Below, piece by piece: positions 9,800 through 18,258 of a stretch of DNA of 64,000 nucleotides. The DNA comes from Anaerolineae bacterium (GTDB taxonomy: Bacteria; Chloroflexota; Anaerolineae; CG2-30-64-16): contig DAOUBP010000038.1 of the NCBI GenBank assembly GCA_034432655.1, positions 660 through 64,659 of the forward strand. Direction: 5' to 3'. The number at the start of each line of letters is the position of its first letter. The stretch's first letter is position 1. A program made the translations under genes and the position numbers. The notes beneath the pieces were generated by a model, which was given only the letters and a program-made list of their open reading frames with translations, was not told where the DNA came from and did no database searches.

Positions 9800-9993
9800 T
9801 CCGTGATGCGTATTGCGTACTGCGTACTGCGTATTGCGTACTGCGTACTACGTATTGCGTATTGCGTACTGCGTGATGCATGATGCGTTAATTCGCTGAT
9901 TCGTCATTCGTCCTTCGTCCTTCGTCCTTCGTCCTTCGTCCTTCGTCATTCGTCCTTCGTCATTCGTCCTTCGTCCTTCGTCATTCGTCCTTC
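9800..9993. repeat. intergenic tandem arrays: CGTATTG/CGTACTG heptamers (9805-9885) then CGTCCTT/CGTCATT heptamers (9895-9993)
   Basis: direct reading, period 7, two families. Confidence 0.8.
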
Positions 9994-9994
9994 G

Positions 9995-11212
9995 TCAAGT
10001 AAGTGCAGTTTCGATCGCCTCTGCCACCCGCTCCAAATCCTCCTCCTCGATCACCAGCGGCGGGAGGAGGCGGAGGACGGTGGCGCCGGCGGGGAGGGCG
10101 AGGACGCCCAGGGCTTGCAGCCGCTGCAGGATGGGCGTGACTTTGACCTTCAGCTCGATGCCGATCAGCAGGCCCAGGCCACGCACCTCGCGGATGAGCG
10201 GCGAGTTGATGGCGCGCAGGCGGGCTTGCATGTGCTCGCCCAGCCGCGCGGCGCGTTGGGGGAGGATTTCGGTTGTAATCGTATCAATCGCCGCCAGCGC
10301 GGCCGCGCAGGCCAGCGGGTTGCCGCCGAAGGTGCTGCCGTGGGTCATGGGGCGAATGCCGGCGACACGCGGCCCGATCAGGCAGGCGCCCATCGGCAGG
10401 CCGCCAGCCATGGACTTGGCGACCGTCATCAGATCGGGAGCCAGGCCATAGTGCTCGCAGGCGAACAGCCGGCCCGTGCGACCGAAGCCGGTTTGGATCT
10501 CGTCCAGGATCAGCAGCGCGCCCCGCTCCCAGCAGACGCGCTGCGCCGTCTCCAGGAACCCGGGCGTCGCCGGGTGGACCCCGCCTTCGCCCTGCACGAC
10601 TTCCAGCAGCACCGCGGCCGTCTGGTCGGTCACCGCCCGTTCCAGCGCCGCACTGTCGTTGAACGGGATGTGGCTGAAGCCGGGCACCAGCGGCTCGAAG
10701 GGCTGGCGGTACTCGCGGTTCCACGTCGCCGACAGCGCGCCCAGAGTGCGACCGTGGAAGCCGCGCATGGCCGCCACGATCCCGCTGCGGCCGGTGCTCA
10801 GCCGGGCGAACTTGATGGCCGCCTCCACCGCCTCCGCACCGGAGTTGCACAGGAACGCGCGCTCCAGCCCGGCCGGCGCGATCGCGGTCAGGCGGGCCAG
10901 CAGCTCGGCGCGGCGGTCGTTGTAGAAGATCTCCGGGCAGGAGATGAGGGTGGCTGCCTGCCCGGCGATGGCCGCGACCACTGCCGGGTGCGCGTGGCCC
11001 AGGTTGGCCGCGCCCTGCCCGCCCACGCAGTCAATGTACTCCCGGCCCTCCGCGTCCCAGACCCGCGCGCCCTGTCCTCGCACGATCGCCAGCGGCCGCT
11101 TGGGGTAAACGCCGGAGGTGTGGCGCGATTCGAGGGAGAGGATGGTAGATTGGTAGGTTGGTAGATTGGTAGATTGGTAGGTTGGTGGGTGGATGGGACG
11201 AGTGTCAGTCAT
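9995..11212 (-). CDS. lysJ: class-III aminotransferase: [LysW]-aminoadipate semialdehyde / acetylornithine aminotransferase
   Basis: [45 protein letters not shown]; N-terminal ~30 aa ([22 protein letters not shown]) is encoded by the GGTAGRTT octamer array so the true start is uncertain. Confidence 0.8.
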   Translation of the reverse strand: MTDTRPIHPPTYQSTNLPTYQSTILSLESRHTSGVYPKRPLAIVRGQGARVWDAEGREYIDCVGGQGAANLGHAHPAVVAAIAGQAATLISCPEIFYNDRRAELLARLTAIAPAGLERAFLCNSGAEAVEAAIKFARLSTGRSGIVAAMRGFHGRTLGALSATWNREYRQPFEPLVPGFSHIPFNDSAALERAVTDQTAAVLLEVVQGEGGVHPATPGFLETAQRVCWERGALLILDEIQTGFGRTGRLFACEHYGLAPDLMTVAKSMAGGLPMGACLIGPRVAGIRPMTHGSTFGGNPLACAAALAAIDTITTEILPQRAARLGEHMQARLRAINSPLIREVRGLGLLIGIELKVKVTPILQRLQALGVLALPAGATVLRLLPPLVIEEEDLERVAEAIETALT

Positions 11213-11310
11213 GGGAGACCTCCCCCAATTCACCAAGTCCCAATCTACCAGTTCCTACTTTACCAACCCCCAATTTACCAACTTCCACTGTGCCAATCAC
11301 AGTCCCCTCC
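11140..11310. repeat. octamer array GGTAGATT/GGTAGGTT (11140-11195) and an inverted copy (11225-11310) spanning the lysZ stop / lysJ start junction
   Basis: direct reading; the two arrays are reverse complements and can pair. Confidence 0.65.
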
Positions 11311-12098
11311 CCGGCCAGCGCGGCGCGCACCGGGTGCGGGCGACGGGAGTCGGCCAGGATGACGGCGGGGACGCCGCCGGCCAGGGCCTCGCGGGCGGCC
11401 AGCAGCTTCTTCTTCATGCGGCCCTGGGCCAGGCCTTCGACCGCGTCCAGGTGAGAGGGCGCCACGTGGCGCACCAGGCTGCTTTCGTCCGGGAAGTTCG
11501 CCAGCAGGCCGGGCACGTTGCTGAGGATGATCAGCGCGCCGGCCCCTAGCGCGACCGCCAGCGCCGCCGCGGCCCGGTCGCCGTCCACGTTGAGCCGCTC
11601 GCCCTGCGCGCCCAACGCCAGCGGCGCGATGACCGGGGTGTAGCCGGCGCCCAGCATCAGCCGCAGCAGGTCGCCGTTGGCCGTTTCGAGCTGGCCGGTG
11701 TAGTCGTCACGGATGATCCGCTGCCGGCCGTTTTCCACCGCGCGCACCGCGTCCTTCCGCCGGGCCACCAGCAGCCGGCCGTCCACGCCCGACAGCCCGA
11801 CCGCGTTGCAGCCCAGCGCCTGGAGCCGGGCCACCAGCGCCTTGTTCACCTGCCCGGCCGCGGCCGCCACGTAGAGCTCCAGCATCTCCGGGTCGGTGTA
11901 GCGGCTGACGTGGCCCGAGGGCGAGGTGATGTGCCGCACCGGCACGCCCGCTCGCGCGGCCAGCGCATCGGCCGCGGCCGACGTGCCGTGCACCAGCACG
12001 ACCGGCCAACCCTCGGCCGCCAGCCCCGCGCTATCTGCCAGCACGGCGTCGGCATCCACCCCCGCCGCGCCGCCGAGTTTGATGATGATGGGATACAT
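11205..12098 (-). CDS. lysZ: [LysW]-aminoadipate kinase / acetylglutamate kinase family
   Basis: MYPIIIKLGG...VLVHGTSAA...; C-terminal tail [26 protein letters not shown] is repeat-encoded and overlaps lysJ start. Confidence 0.8.
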   Translation of the reverse strand: MYPIIIKLGGAAGVDADAVLADSAGLAAEGWPVVLVHGTSAAADALAARAGVPVRHITSPSGHVSRYTDPEMLELYVAAAAGQVNKALVARLQALGCNAVGLSGVDGRLLVARRKDAVRAVENGRQRIIRDDYTGQLETANGDLLRLMLGAGYTPVIAPLALGAQGERLNVDGDRAAAALAVALGAGALIILSNVPGLLANFPDESSLVRHVAPSHLDAVEGLAQGRMKKKLLAAREALAGGVPAVILADSRRPHPVRAALAGEGTVIGTVEVGKLGVGKVGTGRLGLGELGEVSHD

Positions 12099-12197
12099 GA
12101 GTGCTCCTGTTGCGTATTGCGTACTGCGTATTGCGTACTGCGTATCTTCTCCAGGCGGTACGCAGTACGAAGTACGAAGTACGAAGTACGGAGTATG
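12099..12197. repeat. inverted heptamer arrays (GCGTATTGCGTACTG... vs GTACGCAGTACGAAGTACG...) forming a long hairpin between lysY stop and lysZ start
   Basis: direct reading. Confidence 0.7.
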
Positions 12198-13253
12198 CTA
12201 TATCGGGTGCAGTCCTGTAGACTTCAACCCAGCCGTTTCGTCCAGCCCGCACATCAGGTTCATGCACTGCACCGCGCTGCCGGCCGCGCCTTTGCCCAGG
12301 TTATCAATGGCGGCCAGGGCCACCAGGCGGCCGGTGGCCGGCTCCAGCTCCCAGCCGACGTCGGCCAGGTTCGTGCCGGCCAGCAGCTTCGGCTCCGGGT
12401 GGCGGTAGATGCCGCCCCGCTCGTGGACGATGCGCACGAACGGCTCCTGGCCGTAGGCCGCGCGGTAGGCCCGCCAGAGGTCTTTGTCGCTCAGGCCGGG
12501 CTGCACCCACGCGTGCGCGGTCGCCAGCACCCCGCGCACCAGCTCGATCGAGGTCACCGACAGATGCACATCTCCGATCCCCAACACCTGCCGCACCTCG
12601 GCCTGGTGGCGGTGGCCGGTGGGCGCGAAGGAGCGCACCGCGCCGGCCCGCTCCGGATGATGCGACGCCGCGTTCGCGGCCGCGCCCCCCTCGGACGACC
12701 CTGCCTTCACGTCCACGATCACCGGTCGGTCGGCCCGCAGCAGCCCGGCCCGGACCAGCGGCAGCAGCGCCAGGACGGCGGCGGTCGCGTTGCAGCCGAC
12801 GCCGGAAGCATATTGCGTACTGCGTATTGCGTCGCGGTTGGCTTCGGGGAGGCCGTAGGTGAAGCGTGAGAGCCAGTCGGGGGCGGCGTGGGGTTCGCCG
12901 TAGGTGGCTTGATAGGTTTGCGGGTCGGAGAGGCGGAAGTCGGCGGAGAGGTCAATGATGCGGGGGGCGAGGCGGGCAAAGTGCTCGATGCGGCGCTGGG
13001 CCTGGCCGTGGGGCAGCGCCAGGAACAGCACGTCGCACGGGGCCAGCTCGCTGAGGGCCGTGAAGCGTATGGGCGGGATCCGGCCGCCCACGGGCCGCAG
13101 GTTGGGGTGCAGGCTGTGCACGTACTCGCCCGCGTGCGACTCGGAGGTCACCTGCGCCAGCTCGACGGCCGGGTGGCCCAACAGCAGCCGGATCAGCTCG
13201 CCCCCGCCGTAGCCGGAGCCGCCGACGATGGAGACGCGGAGGGGGGCGGTCAT
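12198..13253 (-). CDS. lysY: N-acetyl-gamma-glutamyl-phosphate reductase family: [LysW]-aminoadipyl-phosphate reductase
   Basis: [32 protein letters not shown] (active-site Cys region), NLGKGAAG; in-frame RSTQYA insertion from heptamers at ~12805-12840. Confidence 0.85.
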   Translation of the reverse strand: MTAPLRVSIVGGSGYGGGELIRLLLGHPAVELAQVTSESHAGEYVHSLHPNLRPVGGRIPPIRFTALSELAPCDVLFLALPHGQAQRRIEHFARLAPRIIDLSADFRLSDPQTYQATYGEPHAAPDWLSRFTYGLPEANRDAIRSTQYASGVGCNATAAVLALLPLVRAGLLRADRPVIVDVKAGSSEGGAAANAASHHPERAGAVRSFAPTGHRHQAEVRQVLGIGDVHLSVTSIELVRGVLATAHAWVQPGLSDKDLWRAYRAAYGQEPFVRIVHERGGIYRHPEPKLLAGTNLADVGWELEPATGRLVALAAIDNLGKGAAGSAVQCMNLMCGLDETAGLKSTGLHPI

Positions 13254-14212
13254 GGGCGGGCCTCCGGGGTGGTATTGCGTATTGCGTATTGCGTACTGCT
13301 TGCCGTTGAATGAGCAGTTCTCTCATGGTCTACGCAGTATGCAGTACGCAGTACGTACTCTGCCACCCGCGCCGGGATATCCACCCCCGTCGTGTGAATG
13401 CTGTTGCGGAACTCCATGGTGTGGTTCACCTCGTTGACCAGGAAGCCGCGATCGGGGTCTTCCAGCACGTCAATCGCGAGGACGCCGCCGCCCACGGCTG
13501 CCGCGGCCCGGCGGCAGAGGTCGTCCAGCTCCGGCGTCACCGGGCAGTTGGAGGCCTGGCCCCCGCGCGCGGTGTTGGTGATCCAGTGCGTCGAGCCCCG
13601 GTAGATCGCCGCGATGGTCTCGTCGCCCACGACGAAGGCGCGGATGTCGCGGCCGGGCTTGCGGATGTATTCCTGGATGTAGAAGATGCTGTGCAGGTAG
13701 TTGCCCAGCACCTCCTTGTGTTCCAGGATCGCCTCGGCCGCGTCCCGGTCGTTGATGCGGGCCAGCAGTCGGCCCCACGAGCCGACCAGCGGCTTGAGCA
13801 CGACCGGGTAGCCCAGTTCTTCGATGGCTTGCAAGGCCGCTTCGGGGGTGAAGGCCACGCGCGTGCGAGGCTGCGGGATGCCGGCCTCGGCCAGCGCCGC
13901 GCTGGTCAGCAGCTTGTCCCAGCACGTGGCCGCGGTGCGATAGGTGTTGACCGTGGGGATCCCGGCCGCCTGGAGCAGCCGCAGCGCATAGATGCCGCGT
14001 GCCGCGCTGACGGAGCGCTCGAGGACGATGTCGGCGCGGATGTTGTAGGGCGAGATTCCATCTCGCCCCACCGGCAGCACCAGCTCATCATCGTTTACCA
14101 GCTGCACCGTCGCGCCGGTGGCTTCCAGCGCGGCCAGCAGCAGCTTCTCCTCCACGCGGATGCGGGAGACGATCATCGCGACGGTGATCTGGGAGTGACC
14201 GTTCTTGCTCAT
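13250..14212 (-). CDS. lysX: RimK-type ATP-grasp ligase: alpha-aminoadipate--LysW ligase
   Basis: ATP-grasp motifs ([27 protein letters not shown]); start MSKNGHS 4 nt overlapped with lysW stop; C-terminal ~30 aa ([27 protein letters not shown]) repeat-encoded. Confidence 0.8.
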   Translation of the reverse strand: MSKNGHSQITVAMIVSRIRVEEKLLLAALEATGATVQLVNDDELVLPVGRDGISPYNIRADIVLERSVSAARGIYALRLLQAAGIPTVNTYRTAATCWDKLLTSAALAEAGIPQPRTRVAFTPEAALQAIEELGYPVVLKPLVGSWGRLLARINDRDAAEAILEHKEVLGNYLHSIFYIQEYIRKPGRDIRAFVVGDETIAAIYRGSTHWITNTARGGQASNCPVTPELDDLCRRAAAAVGGGVLAIDVLEDPDRGFLVNEVNHTMEFRNSIHTTGVDIPARVAEYVLRTAYCVDHERTAHSTASSTQYAIRNTTPEARP

Positions 14213-14379
14213 TCGCCCCAATCCTCCGCCTCTTCCGGCGCCAGGTCGAGGACCAGTGGGTCCAGCGACACCACCTCCAGCTCCGCGCCGCACGCCGGGC
14301 ACGGCACGATCTCCCCCTGCAACGGGTCGCGCAGGGTCACAGGACCTTCACATTCTGGACAGAGTGCTTCGCGTGACAT
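14209..14379 (-). CDS. lysW: LysW amino-group carrier protein (zinc-ribbon, C-terminal EDWGE)
   Basis: [16 protein letters not shown]...[10 protein letters not shown]...EEAEDWGE; perfect RBS aggagg 8 nt upstream; ORF-track ORF (to 14517) extended upstream through repeats by a TTG start. Confidence 0.85.
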   Translation of the reverse strand: MSREALCPECEGPVTLRDPLQGEIVPCPACGAELEVVSLDPLVLDLAPEEAEDWGE

Positions 14380-14394
14380 GAGTGCCTCCTGATG

Positions 14395-14510
14395 ATGTGG
14401 GTTCGTACTGCGTATTGCGTACTGCGTATTGCGTGATTCGCCATTCGTTGATTCGTTGATTCGCTGATTCGCTGATTCGCCATTCGCTGATTCGTTGATT
14501 CGCCATTTCG
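14395..14510. repeat. 5' UTR of lysW built from heptamers (CGTACTG/CGTATTG) and ~12 octamers TGATTCG(C/T)
   Basis: direct reading. Confidence 0.75.
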
Positions 14511-14511
14511 C

Positions 14512-14556
14512 CCCCAAACAAAAAGCCCCCTCCCGCCAGACTGGTCGGGAAGGGGC
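14512..14556 (-). terminator. intrinsic terminator 2 (11-bp GC stem, 10-nt loop, UUUUUGUUUGGGGG) immediately upstream of lysW
   Basis: minus strand: GCCCCUUCCCG-accagucugg-CGGGAGGGGGC-UUUUUGUUUG. Confidence 0.6.
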
Positions 14557-14580
14557 CTGCGATGGGCTTCAGGGTGCGCG

Positions 14581-14652
14581 CTAGCGGCCTATCCAGACAC
14601 AGTCTGGCAAGCTGGTGACCTGCTTCTTAGCGCGCTTGAAGTTGAGATTCAT
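14581..14652 (-). CDS. candidate leader peptide 2: MNLNFKRAKKQVTSLPDCVWIGR (3 AAG Lys codons in 5)
   Basis: ATG with GGTGA 4 nt upstream; stop 22 nt before terminator 2; not in ORF track (below length cutoff). Confidence 0.3.
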   Translation of the reverse strand: MNLNFKRAKKQVTSLPDCVWIGR

Positions 14653-14662
14653 GGTTTCACCG

Positions 14663-14704
14663 CAAACAAAAAGCCCTGCCTGGCATCTTGGGCCTGGCAG
14701 GGCT
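14663..14704 (-). terminator. intrinsic terminator 1 (AGCCCUGCCAGGC-ccaagau-GCCAGGCAGGGCU + UUUUUGUUUG)
   Basis: 12/13 paired stem followed by U-tract on minus strand. Confidence 0.6.
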
Positions 14705-14727
14705 GCTGTGCTGAGTTGCGTCGCTTC

Positions 14728-14811
14728 TTACCCCAAGCACAAACGACCGTCCCTGCAGGCCAGGGCGGGCTTCTTGGACTTGGAGCACTTGGAGAGCGAC
14801 ATAGAGTTCAT
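14728..14811 (-). CDS. candidate leader peptide 1: MNSMSLSKCSKSKKPALACRDGRLCLG (4 AAG Lys codons in 7)
   Basis: small ORF downstream of consensus promoter, stop ~25 nt before terminator 1. Confidence 0.3.
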   Translation of the reverse strand: MNSMSLSKCSKSKKPALACRDGRLCLG

Positions 14812-14841
14812 CAAGGTTGTCTTTGCCTCACGCTGGGCGGT

Positions 14842-14869
14842 AGTATAACTAAAGTGCGCGATCTGTCAA
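14842..14869 (-). promoter_or_regulatory. sigma-70-type promoter TTGACA-N16-TATACT driving the leader/terminator region and lys operon
   Basis: minus strand TTGACAgatcgcgcactttagtTATACT. Confidence 0.5.
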
Positions 14870-14907
14870 ATTTCAAGTGTGGCCAACAAGACGATCAAAA
14901 CATCAGG

Positions 14908-15003
14908 CGGGGGCGGATGGGAGTCGAACCCACCTTGGACGCTTCCTAGGCGCCCATCACCGGTTTTGAAGACCGGGGCCGCCACCGGACGACAACCACC
15001 CCC
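14908..15003 (-). tRNA. selC: tRNA-Sec (selenocysteine), anticodon UCA, 96 nt, 8/5 acceptor/T-stem architecture with long variable arm
   Basis: GGGGGTGG-TT-GTCGTCCGGTGGCGGC-C-CCGGT-CUUCAAA-ACCGG-[26-nt variable arm]-GTGGG-TTCGACT-CCCAT-CCGCCCCC-G; aligns block-for-block with E. coli selC (TCGTCTCCGGTG..., CTTCAAA, TTCGACTCC). Confidence 0.85.
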
Positions 15004-15010
15004 ACACATG

Positions 15011-15039
15011 ATGATACACGACTTCGGTCAGATGGTCAA
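15011..15039 (-). promoter_or_regulatory. promoter for tRNA-Sec: TTGACC-N17-TATCAT, TSS ~7 nt upstream of tRNA 5' end
   Basis: minus strand TTGACCatctgaccgaagtcgtgTATCATcatgtgtG(+1). Confidence 0.55.
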
Positions 15040-15069
15040 AATGGTTGAAGTCGGCGCGTGTTCGTGGTA

Positions 15070-15222
15070 GAATAAATAAAATACTGCGTACTACTTACTG
15101 CGTATTGAGTGCTTCATGCGATCGCTCGCGCAATGTTTGTACGGAGTATGCAGTACGGAGTATGCAGTACGGAGTATGTAGTACGGAGTATGCAATACGG
15201 AGTATGTAGTACGGAGTTCGCC
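15070..15222. repeat. tandem GTACGGAGTATGCA(G/A) 14-mer (2x7) repeats upstream of AmrS gene
   Basis: direct reading. Confidence 0.75.
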
Positions 15223-16245
15223 ATGTCCCACCCCGCCATTCTCTGGGAACGACTGGGGCCCGACGACCTGCGGGTCCGCTGCAATCTGTGCGCGCACCAT
15301 TGTGTGATCGCGCCGGGCAAATTGGGGGTCTGCTGTGTGCGGGAGAACGTGGACGGCGAGTTGGTGACGCTGGTCTACGGTCGGGCGATTTCGCAACATG
15401 TAGATCCCATCGAGAAGAAACCGCTGTTCCATTTCCAGCCGGGCAGCAAGTCATACTCCATCGCCACGGTCGGCTGTAACTTTCAGTGTGCCTTCTGTCA
15501 GAACTGGGAGATCTCGCAGATGCCGCGTGAGGAGGGCGCCGTCATGGGGCGCTTCGTTGCCCCGGCTGAGGTCGCGCGCGCGGCCCGGCAGGCCGGCTGC
15601 GCTTCGGTGGCCTACACCTACACGGAGCCGACTATCTACGCCGAGTACGCGCTGGACTGTGCGCGGGAGGCGCAGAAATTGGGGCTGCGTAACGTGTTCG
15701 TCAGCAACGGCTATATGACGCCGGCGTTACTTGAGTTGATGGCGGGCCTGATTGACGGCATCAATGTTGACCTGAAGGCCGGCCGGGGCGAGTTCTACCG
15801 CAAGATATCGGGCGCGGGGTTGAAGGCCGTGTTGGAGAACCTGGTGCGCATCCACAAGTTGGGCATCTGGCTGGAGGTGACGACCCTGGTGATCCCCGGC
15901 CTCAATGACTCAGATGAGGAGCTGCGTTGGGCCGCGCGTTATCTGTACGACAACCTGGGGCCTGATGTGCCGTGGCATATCAGCCGCTTTTACCCGCACT
16001 ACAAGATGAGCGATGTGCCGCCCACCCCTGCCAAGACGCTCGAGCGTGCCTGGCAGATCGGCCGGGACGTGGGCCTGCACTACGTCTATGTGGGCAACCT
16101 GCCCGGCCATCACGCCGAGAGCACCTTCTGCCCTGGCTGCGGCGGCCTGGTCATCGAGCGCAGCGGCTACTGGCTCGGCCGGCGCAACCTGCGGGACGGC
16201 AAGTGCACTGCGTGCGGGACGGTCATCGCCGGCGTGGAGATGTGA
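15223..16245 (+). CDS. AmmeMemoRadiSam-system radical SAM enzyme (PflA-like)
   Basis: CNLCAHHCVI...CxxxC..C; VGCNFQCAFCQNWEIS; C-terminal CPGCGG...CTACG; adjacent AMMECR1 gene. Confidence 0.8.
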   Translation: MSHPAILWERLGPDDLRVRCNLCAHHCVIAPGKLGVCCVRENVDGELVTLVYGRAISQHVDPIEKKPLFHFQPGSKSYSIATVGCNFQCAFCQNWEISQMPREEGAVMGRFVAPAEVARAARQAGCASVAYTYTEPTIYAEYALDCAREAQKLGLRNVFVSNGYMTPALLELMAGLIDGINVDLKAGRGEFYRKISGAGLKAVLENLVRIHKLGIWLEVTTLVIPGLNDSDEELRWAARYLYDNLGPDVPWHISRFYPHYKMSDVPPTPAKTLERAWQIGRDVGLHYVYVGNLPGHHAESTFCPGCGGLVIERSGYWLGRRNLRDGKCTACGTVIAGVEM

Positions 16246-16294
16246 GGGCGCGTGGCAAAATACGCAATGCGCAATACGGAGTGCGCAGCACTCG

Positions 16295-16825
16295 CTACTC
16301 GTATTTCTCAACCCGAAACCGGAACATCTCCACCGGCTCATCATCCCGCAGCCCGGCCTTGCGCCGCGCATACCACAGCTGGGTCTTCACATCGTCTATG
16401 CCCTCGATGTCCGGCAGCAGCAGGCCGCGCTGCCAGCCCCGCTGCACGATCACGCCGTAGCGCTTGGGGTCGAGTTCTGTTTCCGAAGTGATCCGCTCCG
16501 GCGGGTAAAGCACGCTTACGTCAATTTTGAGATCGTCCAGCTCTTCAGGCCGCACCGGCGGGAAGCGCGGATCGCGCGTGGCCGCGGCGATGGCGTTGTT
16601 GATCACCTCCTGCGCCAGCGATTTCTCGGTCGCGGTGATGGTGCCGATGCAACCGCGCAGCTCGCCGGTGCTTTTGGTGTGCAAAGTGACGAAGACCCCG
16701 GCCGGCTCGCCTTCGATGGGCGCCGGGGCCTCTGCTGGCTTCAGTTTTCTGCCCTCGCGCACGTAACGCTCGATGGCCGCGCGGGCCAGTTGGACGAGAG
16801 GGTGATGGGTGGGTTGGGTGGACAT
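16295..16825 (-). CDS. AMMECR1-domain protein (AmmeMemoRadiSam system protein A)
   Basis: GVFVTLHTKSTGELRGCIGTI...LLLPDIEGIDD pattern typical of AMMECR1. Confidence 0.75.
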   Translation of the reverse strand: MSTQPTHHPLVQLARAAIERYVREGRKLKPAEAPAPIEGEPAGVFVTLHTKSTGELRGCIGTITATEKSLAQEVINNAIAAATRDPRFPPVRPEELDDLKIDVSVLYPPERITSETELDPKRYGVIVQRGWQRGLLLPDIEGIDDVKTQLWYARRKAGLRDDEPVEMFRFRVEKYE

Positions 16826-16939
16826 GGGTAGCTCCTGGCGTGGTCGGATGCCGTACTTCGTAGTCCGCGTGTAGCGCTTGACGGCCAGCCGCCTCCTCGC
16901 AGCAAAACGGAAGCCGCAGCACGCAATACGTGTAATCCT

Positions 16940-18061
16940 TCAAGCAATCGTGCGCGCGATTATCAACCGCTGCATCTCGCTCGTTCCCTCGCCGATGGTC
17001 ATCAGCCGGGCGTCGCGGTAGATGCGCTCCACCGGGTACTCGCTGCTGTAGCCGTAGCCGCCGTGGATCTGGATCGCGTCCCGGGCCACGCGTTCGGCCA
17101 TCTCGGTGGCCACCAGCTTGGCGATGGAGGCCTCTTTGGTGTGTGGTCGGCCCTGGTCGCGCAGCCACGCAGCATGATAGGTCAGCCAGCGCGCCGACTC
17201 GATCTCGGCCGCCATATCCGCCAGCATGAACGCGACCGCCTGGTGCTCGACCAGCGGCTGGCCGAAGGTGTGCCGCGTTTTGGCATAGGCGGCCGCAGCG
17301 TCAAACGCGGCCTCGGCCAACCCCAGGCTGAGCGCGGCGATGCCGATGCGGCCGCCGTCCAGCACCTGCAGGGTCTGCGCCAGGCCGCGGCCCTCGACCC
17401 CCAGCAGGTGATCGGCCGGCACGCGCACGTCCTCCAGGCTGACCGCGTAAGTGTGCGAACCGTGGAGCCCCATCTTCTTCTCCGGCGGGCCAAAGGTGAG
17501 GCCGGGCGCATCGGTGGGGACCAGGAAGTGGCTGAATTTGTCGCCCGTGCGGGCCAGCAGGATGGCGATCCCGGCCTCGGCGCCGTTAGTGAGCCACATC
17601 TTGCTGCCGTTGATGACCCAGTCGTCTCCATCTCGAACGGCGGTCGTGCGGATGCCCCGCAGGTCGGAGCCGGCACCCGGTTCGGTCAGCCCCAGGCAGC
17701 CGAGCATCTTCCCCTGGGCCAGCGGGACGAGCCAGCGCCGTTTCTGTGCCTCAGTGCCGAAGAGCGTCAGCGGCCCGCACGCCAGTCCCAGGTGGGCAGC
17801 TACGATCAGCCCGGTGGAGCCGCAGCCCTTGCCGATCTCCTCCAGCATCAGCGCAACGCTCAGGTAGTCAGCGCCGGAGCCGCCGTATTCCTCCGGCACG
17901 TTCAGGCCCAGCAGCCCCAGCTTGCCCATCGCCTTCAGCGTCGGCCACGGGAACTCGCCCGTCTCGTCTGTGTGCCGGGCGCGGGGGGTTACTTCTTTGG
18001 CCACGAACTCGCGGACGGTCTCCTGCAACATGCGGTGTTCTTCGGACAGGTCGAAGTCCAT
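16940..18061 (-). CDS. acyl-CoA dehydrogenase
   Basis: GLLGLNVPEEYGG, LTEPGAGSDL, IYEGTSEMQRLIIAR-like C-term (IGEGTSEMQRLIIARTI); start MDFDL with RBS ggagg; ORF-track N-term extension is heptamer-encoded. Confidence 0.85.
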   Translation of the reverse strand: MDFDLSEEHRMLQETVREFVAKEVTPRARHTDETGEFPWPTLKAMGKLGLLGLNVPEEYGGSGADYLSVALMLEEIGKGCGSTGLIVAAHLGLACGPLTLFGTEAQKRRWLVPLAQGKMLGCLGLTEPGAGSDLRGIRTTAVRDGDDWVINGSKMWLTNGAEAGIAILLARTGDKFSHFLVPTDAPGLTFGPPEKKMGLHGSHTYAVSLEDVRVPADHLLGVEGRGLAQTLQVLDGGRIGIAALSLGLAEAAFDAAAAYAKTRHTFGQPLVEHQAVAFMLADMAAEIESARWLTYHAAWLRDQGRPHTKEASIAKLVATEMAERVARDAIQIHGGYGYSSEYPVERIYRDARLMTIGEGTSEMQRLIIARTIA

Positions 18062-18258
18062 GAGAACCTCCGTACCTTTACTGAATACTGCGTATTGCGT
18101 ACTGCGTATTGCGTACTGCGTATTGCGTACTAAGTATTCCAAACTGCGTGCTGTTATGCAGCTTACCTCGCAACTGCGCCATACGGAGTACGGAGCACGG
18201 ACTACGAAGTACGGACTACGGAGTACGAAGTACGGACTACGGAGTACGCAATGCGTCG
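18062..18258. repeat. heptamer arrays in both orientations between acyl-CoA DH start and CoA-transferase B stop
   Basis: direct reading. Confidence 0.7.

Noticed and set aside
14380-14520. Lysine (L-box) riboswitch upstream of lysW
   Set aside because: Region is pure tandem repeat and lacks L-box conserved cores. The leader-peptide attenuator model fits better.
14879-15070. 63-aa plus-strand ORF MANKTIKTSGGGGWESNPP...
   Set aside because: Lies exactly antisense over the tRNA-Sec gene and its promoter.
15223-16825. Complete AmmeMemoRadiSam system
   Set aside because: Only the radical SAM and AMMECR1 members are present in this window. No Memo-like (AmrB) gene seen, so I do not claim an intact three-gene system.
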